Assembly (NCBI GenBank): GCA_963845565.1
Contig: CAWJSJ010000002.1
Span: forward strand, 2,464,001-2,528,000
Source: an uncultured Methylomirabilota bacterium
GTDB taxonomy: Bacteria; Methylomirabilota; Methylomirabilia; Methylomirabilales; 2-02-FULL-66-22
DNA: 64,000 nt
Reading direction: 5' to 3'
Of this stretch, positions 58,657 through 64,000 are shown in pieces. Made by a program: the position numbers and the translations under genes. Position 1 is the stretch's first letter, and the number at the start of each line of letters is the position of its first letter. Under the pieces are notes generated by a model. It was given only the letters and a program-made list of their open reading frames with translations. It was not told the DNA's origin and searched no databases.

Positions 58657-60033
58657 TCATGGTTGCGAGTCTGCAACCGCGGGGGTACGGGGAATCTGCA
58701 AACGATGCTGCTTCATCTTCCGCCAAAGGGTGGTCTTGTGAATCCCCAGGGCCTTGGCGGCAGCCAGACGGTTCCAACCGTGGTGCCGCAGCGTCTCGAG
58801 GATGACGTGGGCCTCGAGGTCGTGCAGAGTGCTCGGGCCGGCCACCGGTGCGGATTGATCGGCGGGGCGGAGAGATTCCGGAAGGTGCTGCGGATGAATC
58901 ACGCCGCCGGGGCAGAGAATGAACGCGTGCTCGATGATGTTCTCGAGTTCGCGCACGTTTCCCGGATAGTCATGGGTCATCAGAATCCGCATGGTCTCCG
59001 GGGTCAGCCCCTCGATGTCTCTTCCGCGAAGCCGGCCGAACCGGGCGACGAAATGCTCGGCGAGGAGGGGGATATCCTCCCGCCGGTCGCGGAGCGGGGG
59101 AAGGGTGATGCGGACGATATTGATGCGGTAATACAGGTCTTGCCGGAACGTCCCCGCCTTCACGAGATCGGCAAGGCGCTTGTTGGAGGCTGTCACGATC
59201 CGGACGTCCGCTTTCACGGACTCGGTGCCGCCGAGCGGCTCGTAGGTCTTCTGCTCGAGCACGCGGAGGAGCCGCACCTGGAGGGCAGGGGATATGTCGC
59301 CGATCTCGTCGAGGAAAATGGTCCCGCCATCGGCCAGGGCGAAGCGTCCCGGCTTGTCCTTCCGCGCATCCGTGAAGGCGCCGGCCTTGTACCCGAAGAG
59401 CTCCGACTCCAGCAGGGTGTCGGGAAGCGCGCCACAGTTGACCGTCACCAGCGGCCCGGCCCGGCGAGGGCTCAACGCGTGGAGTGCTCGCGCCACCAGT
59501 TCCTTTCCGGTACCGCTTTCGCCCTCGATCAGCACCGTGCTGCTGCTCTCTGCAACGGCCGGCAGCATGGCGAAGATCCGCTGCATCGCCGGGCTCTTGC
59601 TGATGATGTCGGCAAACGTGTACTGGTGGGCGATCTCGGCACGCAGTTGCTCGACCAGCCGCAGGTCGCGAAACGTCTCGACCCCGCCCAGGATTTGGCC
59701 CCCGCGATCCTTGAGTACTGCGGTGCTCACGCTGATGGGCGCCCGATCGCCGTCCGATCGAAGAATATACACCTGGCGGTTCACCACCGGCCGCCCCGTG
59801 TGCATGGTTTCCTTCATGGCGCACTGGGCTTCACAAATGGATGCCCGGAAGACCTCGCAGCACGGCTGGCCTATGGCCTCGTGGCGGGGAACGCCCGTGA
59901 TCTGTTCGGCCGCACGATTGAAGGAGGTAATCCGGAATCCGTCGTCCACGGTGAACACCCCGTCGGCAACCGAATCCAGAATCACGGCCACCTCGTTGGA
60001 TGACAAGGCGGGATCTTTCTTGGTTATTCCCAT
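58657..60033 (-). CDS. PAS-domain sigma54-dependent activator (OrpR-like)
   Basis: PAS with PCCEVF..ICEAQC, GESGTGKE, ESELFGY, GAFTDA, Fis-type HTH. Confidence 0.95.
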   Translation of the reverse strand: MGITKKDPALSSNEVAVILDSVADGVFTVDDGFRITSFNRAAEQITGVPRHEAIGQPCCEVFRASICEAQCAMKETMHTGRPVVNRQVYILRSDGDRAPISVSTAVLKDRGGQILGGVETFRDLRLVEQLRAEIAHQYTFADIISKSPAMQRIFAMLPAVAESSSTVLIEGESGTGKELVARALHALSPRRAGPLVTVNCGALPDTLLESELFGYKAGAFTDARKDKPGRFALADGGTIFLDEIGDISPALQVRLLRVLEQKTYEPLGGTESVKADVRIVTASNKRLADLVKAGTFRQDLYYRINIVRITLPPLRDRREDIPLLAEHFVARFGRLRGRDIEGLTPETMRILMTHDYPGNVRELENIIEHAFILCPGGVIHPQHLPESLRPADQSAPVAGPSTLHDLEAHVILETLRHHGWNRLAAAKALGIHKTTLWRKMKQHRLQIPRTPAVADSQP

Positions 60034-60242
60034 ACCAATGCCTCATTGCTAAGGCTGGCGCCGAGACCCGCTACGAGGGCTTCTCGGCCGGCCGGCAACC
60101 GACTGATGCGATTAGGATTCTAGCCGAATCCACCCCTCCGCGCCACAACGCTCTCTAACATACCCTGAGCCGCAGCCCGGACGAATGCTCGATTCTTCGT
60201 AGAGATCATCCACAGGCTCGTAGGGGAGAAACGCTGAGGATC

Positions 60243-60259
60243 TTGGCACCGCCTGTGCA
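60243..60259 (+). promoter_or_regulatory. Candidate sigma54 promoter for the HybA/NrfD operon
   Basis: TTGGCACCGCCTGTGCA; about 340 nt upstream of the ATG. Confidence 0.55.
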
Positions 60260-60599
60260 GCGCGTTTTGCGTGATAACACTTCCTCATAGATGTCTATCG
60301 GCCAGCAAGATGCAGTCCATAAAGCAGCCTCCGAGAATTCTGCGCCGGGGGACGGAAAGGATTGTCGCCAGCCATTGTTCGAAACCTCTTGATGGTGAAT
60401 CCGGTCCAAGCTTTCCTGGTATCGACTGAAAAAGTCGAGACGGGTTGCGTCCGGGTGGCTCGCCGGACCGTTGATGGGCCTGCTGGGTGCGCGGCGCGAC
60501 GCGATCCGGCGCCACTCGGCCGGAACACGAACGGGCGAAGCGGTCGGGAGCGAGCACATTCGGCGCGTGGGGCCGGAAGGACATGAAAGAGGAGAGGGC

Positions 60600-61574
60600 A
60601 TGCATTTGAATCGACGAACGCTGCTGAAACTGGGGATTGCGGCGACGTCGGGGGTTGGCGCTCCCGCCCTGGCGGCCCAAGAAGCCCAGACGGCAAAGGA
60701 GAGACCGGCGTCCTCCCCGGACTATGTGGGCGTCCTGGTGGATACCACGCTCTGCATCGGGTGCCGAAAGTGCGAGGAGGCCTGCAACCGCCGGAACCAT
60801 CTTCCCCGCACGGCCGAATCCTTCTCCGACAGGGATGTCCTCCGCTCCTTCCGTCGGCCTTCCGAAACCGCCTTTACGGTCGTGAACCAGTTCCCGGGGC
60901 GTCCATCCCCGGATCAGGCCGGTTTGCCCCAGACCTACTGCAAGGTCCAGTGCATGCACTGCCTCTACCCGTCCTGCGTTTCGGCGTGCATCGTGGGCGC
61001 GCTGACCAAGTCCGCCGACGGCGCCGTGGTCTACAACCCCACCATCTGCATCGGGTGCCGATACTGCCAGGTTGCCTGTCCCTTCGAGATCCCGGCTTAC
61101 GAATTCCACGTTGCGCTCACCCCTCGAGTGCGCAAGTGCGAATTCTGCGCCGACCAGGCCAAAGGGACCGGCGCCGATCCTGCGTGCGCCGCCTCCTGTC
61201 CCACCGAGGCGCTGGTCTTCGGCCGCCGGGCGGACCTGGTCGCTATGGCGAAGGACCGTCTGAAGCGACGCCCGGACCGTTACGTCAATCACCTCTACGG
61301 CGAAACCGAAGTGGGCGGGACCTCCTGGCTGTACCTGACCGGGAGGCCGGTCCGGGAGGTCGGCCTGCTGGACCTCCCCGACACCCCTCCTCCAAAGTTG
61401 ACCGAAGCCATCCAGCACGGGATTTTCGAGTACGGCATCATCCCCGTGGCATTTTTCGGTCTGCTGGCCGGGATCATGTGGCGCAACCACCGGAAGCATC
61501 CGGACGACACCCCGCACGCGGGGGAAGAGCACGACACCCCTTCCGCGCACACGCCCGAGGGAGGTGGGAAATGA
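60600..61574 (+). CDS. Tat-exported 4Fe-4S dicluster protein (HybA/HmcB-like)
   Basis: NRRTLLK Tat motif, four ferredoxin Cys groups, GETEVGGTSWLY, C-terminal TM helix. Confidence 0.92.
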   Translation: MHLNRRTLLKLGIAATSGVGAPALAAQEAQTAKERPASSPDYVGVLVDTTLCIGCRKCEEACNRRNHLPRTAESFSDRDVLRSFRRPSETAFTVVNQFPGRPSPDQAGLPQTYCKVQCMHCLYPSCVSACIVGALTKSADGAVVYNPTICIGCRYCQVACPFEIPAYEFHVALTPRVRKCEFCADQAKGTGADPACAASCPTEALVFGRRADLVAMAKDRLKRRPDRYVNHLYGETEVGGTSWLYLTGRPVREVGLLDLPDTPPPKLTEAIQHGIFEYGIIPVAFFGLLAGIMWRNHRKHPDDTPHAGEEHDTPSAHTPEGGGK

Positions 61575-64000
61575 CCCCCGCAATCCACAACGACCAGCCG
61601 CATCGGATCGAAAAGCCCTTCTTCACCTTCGGCACCTTGACCCTCTTGATCTTCATGGGCGTTGGCTTCTCTTTCGGCGTCACGCGCGTGCTCCTCGGGC
61701 TGGGCTCGGTGACAAATCTGGACAACCACAATCCCTGGGGTATCTGGATCTCCTTCGACGTGGCGTGCGGCGTCGCCCTGGCGGCCGGCGGGTTCACGAC
61801 CGGCGCCCTGGTCGACATCTTCGGCCGGAAGAAATACCTGCCCCTGCTCCGTCCCGCCCTCCTCACGGCGTTTCTGGGTTATCTCTGGGTCGTCATCGCG
61901 CTGAGCTTCGACCTGGGCCGGTACTGGAATCTCTGGCGTCCGATCTTCAACTGGCAGGGCAACTCCGTACTCTTCGAGGTAGGCATGTGCGTTACGGTCT
62001 ACCTCATCGTCCTGAGCGTGGAAATGAGCCCGTACGTGCTGGAAGGGCTGAAGGCGCGGATCGACGAGGGGGCCTGGGGAGCCATTCTGCTGCGGCGTTT
62101 CGAGAAGCCCCTTCTGGCGTTGGCTGCCGGGGTCCGGATCGTCCTCCCGCTGTTCATCGTCGCCGGCGTGGTGCTCTCTTTCATGCATCAGTCCTCCCTG
62201 GGATCGCTGATGCTCATCGCCCCCACCAAGCTGAGCCCCCTGTGGAACACCCCGATCCTCCCCCTCCTCTTCCTCCTGTCGGCGATCATGGTGGGTTTCC
62301 CGATGGTGATCTTGGAATCCATCTACGCCAACATCAGCTTTGGCCGTAGCCCGGAGATGGAACTCCTCACGCCGTTGGCCCGCATCGTTCCGTGGTTCGT
62401 CGGCACCTACGGCGTGGTGAAGATCGGCGACCTTGTCGTCCGCTACGGTCAGTTGAATTTTCTCGATCACCCCGCGGCCACGACGTCCCTGGTCGTCGAG
62501 ATCCTCTTGGGTATAGTCGCCCCGTTCCTGCTCTTCCTCAACAAGGCGGTTCGCCGGTCCGAGGGATGGCTCTTCTTCACCGTATCCTTGATCATCTTCG
62601 GCGTGGTGCTCAACCGCATCAACGTCTTCCTGGTCGGCTACAACCCGCCGTACTCAGCCAAGGCGTACTTCCCGTCGATCGGCGAGATCGCGATGACGGT
62701 GGCCATCGTCTCCAGCATTCTGTTCTGCTACCGGTTCTTTGTGACGTTCTTCCCCATCCTGCCGGGTTACGTGCCTGCGACGGAAACCCAGCTCGCCCGG
62801 ATGCGCGTGGAGCGGGAGCGGACCGTCAATCCCTTCTGGACCTGGGTGATACGCGGGAACCGCCATCGCCTTCCTCCTGGGTTTCATCGCGTTGTACAAC
62901 CTCGTGCATATCCGAGGCGCACCAAGCGACCGAGAAAACGGTCGAGGAGATCCAGCGCGTCAAGGCGGAGCTGCCGGCTCGTGCCGGACGTCCGTGGCGG
63001 GTACGGCCTACCCTCAGCGGCCCGAAGGCGTACAGGAATTATTACCTGCTGAACAGCACGGTGCTCGGCGCCAAGTCGGACGACTACGAGCCGGTGCGGT
63101 TCTCCCATCGCATCCACGACGAGCTGACCGGGGGGGATTGCGGGGTCTGCCACCATCGCTACGCGATCGGCCGAGGAAGACCGCGTGGGGCTGGATATCA
63201 AGGACCTGCACACGGCGATGGACATCAAGCTGGGCGGCGCCCTGTTCGGCTTGCCATGACGACATGGCGAAGAACCCGCCGCAGAGCTGCGCCCGCTGCC
63301 ATGGGCTGCCCAACGAAGCGGATGCCCCCTCGCGCATCGGCCTCAAAGGGGCCTATCACCGCCAGTGCATCGGGTGCCACGAGCGCCAGCTCAAGCCGGC
63401 GTTCGCGCCCACCGCATGCGCCTCCTGCCACCATCCCTGGACGCCGGACCACTCCACGCTGGTGGACTTCACCGGCAAGCCCAGTCCGCAGGACGTGACC
63501 CGGAACTGCTTGAGCTGCCACCCGAAGGTGGGACAGGACGTGTTGAAGACGGCCCACTGGAACTGGAAGGGATACTCGCCTACGCTGAAGGGATACGAGC
63601 ACCGGATCGACATCAGCCTGACGCATGATGGTCAACAACTCCTGCATCGCCATCGGCCCCAACCTCCAGGAGTGCGCCTCCTGCCACATCGGCTATGGCT
63701 GGGTGGACGCGAAATTCGACTTCACCGACCCGACCAACATCGATTGCCTTGTCTGCCATGACACGACCGGAACGTACCGGAAGGACCCCGGCAAGGGCGG
63801 GCTCCCCGACCCGTCGCTGGATCTGGCCGCGATCGCGAAAAAGGTGGGACGGCCCTCCCGGCAGGCCTGCGGTTCCTGCCACTTTCGCAAGCGGCGGAGC
63901 CCCGTACGCCAAGCATGGGGATCTGGAACCCGCGCTGGCCGACCCGCCGGCGGACTTCGACATGCACATGGGCACGCTCAAGATGCGCTGCCAGGATTGC
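61571..64000 (+). CDS. NrfD/HybB/HmcC membrane subunit apparently fused to a multiheme cytochrome c (c3-like + octaheme tetrathionate reductase-like); frameshifted, runs off window
   Basis: PWGIWISFDV..GVALAAGG, DLGRYW, HQSSLGSL; then 9 CxxCH plus CQDC at the window edge; HWNW, NN.C, CHIGYGW, IDCLVCHD, KHGDL. Confidence 0.8.

Overview
GC-rich bacterial window; the gene mix and repeats suggest an anaerobe or microaerophile such as NC10/Methylomirabilota or a deltaproteobacterium (inference only). The left part (1-17.6 kb) holds mixed metabolic genes: Fe-SOD, M20 hydrolase, DinB, SDR, GGT, UROD-family, MFS and CDGSH. From about 17 kb to the end it is a sulfur/selenium/metal-redox neighbourhood. 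It contains a TolC-MFP-RND operon with DUF2892, a CoA-disulfide reductase-rhodanese, a YeeE/YedE pair, a short-chain ChrA pair, and an Orp-like cluster (NifB/NifX, DUF5320, 4Fe-4S P-loop ATPases, NifU-Mrp, radical SAM) with a decayed second copy. It also contains a sugar-acid TRAP operon, a peroxiredoxin, a PAS sigma54 activator, and a HybA-like gene followed by an NrfD-multiheme cytochrome. The main result is four in-frame UGA codons, each followed by a bacterial-SECIS-like hairpin. They lie in both YeeE/YedE subunits, in the peroxiredoxin, and in an unannotated 50-aa membrane peptide inside the RND operon that the ORF track misses. Also found: five candidate sigma54 promoters (four with paired activator-like boxes), two MITE-like repeat families and an RHS core remnant. 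Clusters of indels at 54.3-56.5 kb and 62.8-64 kb are probably sequencing errors.
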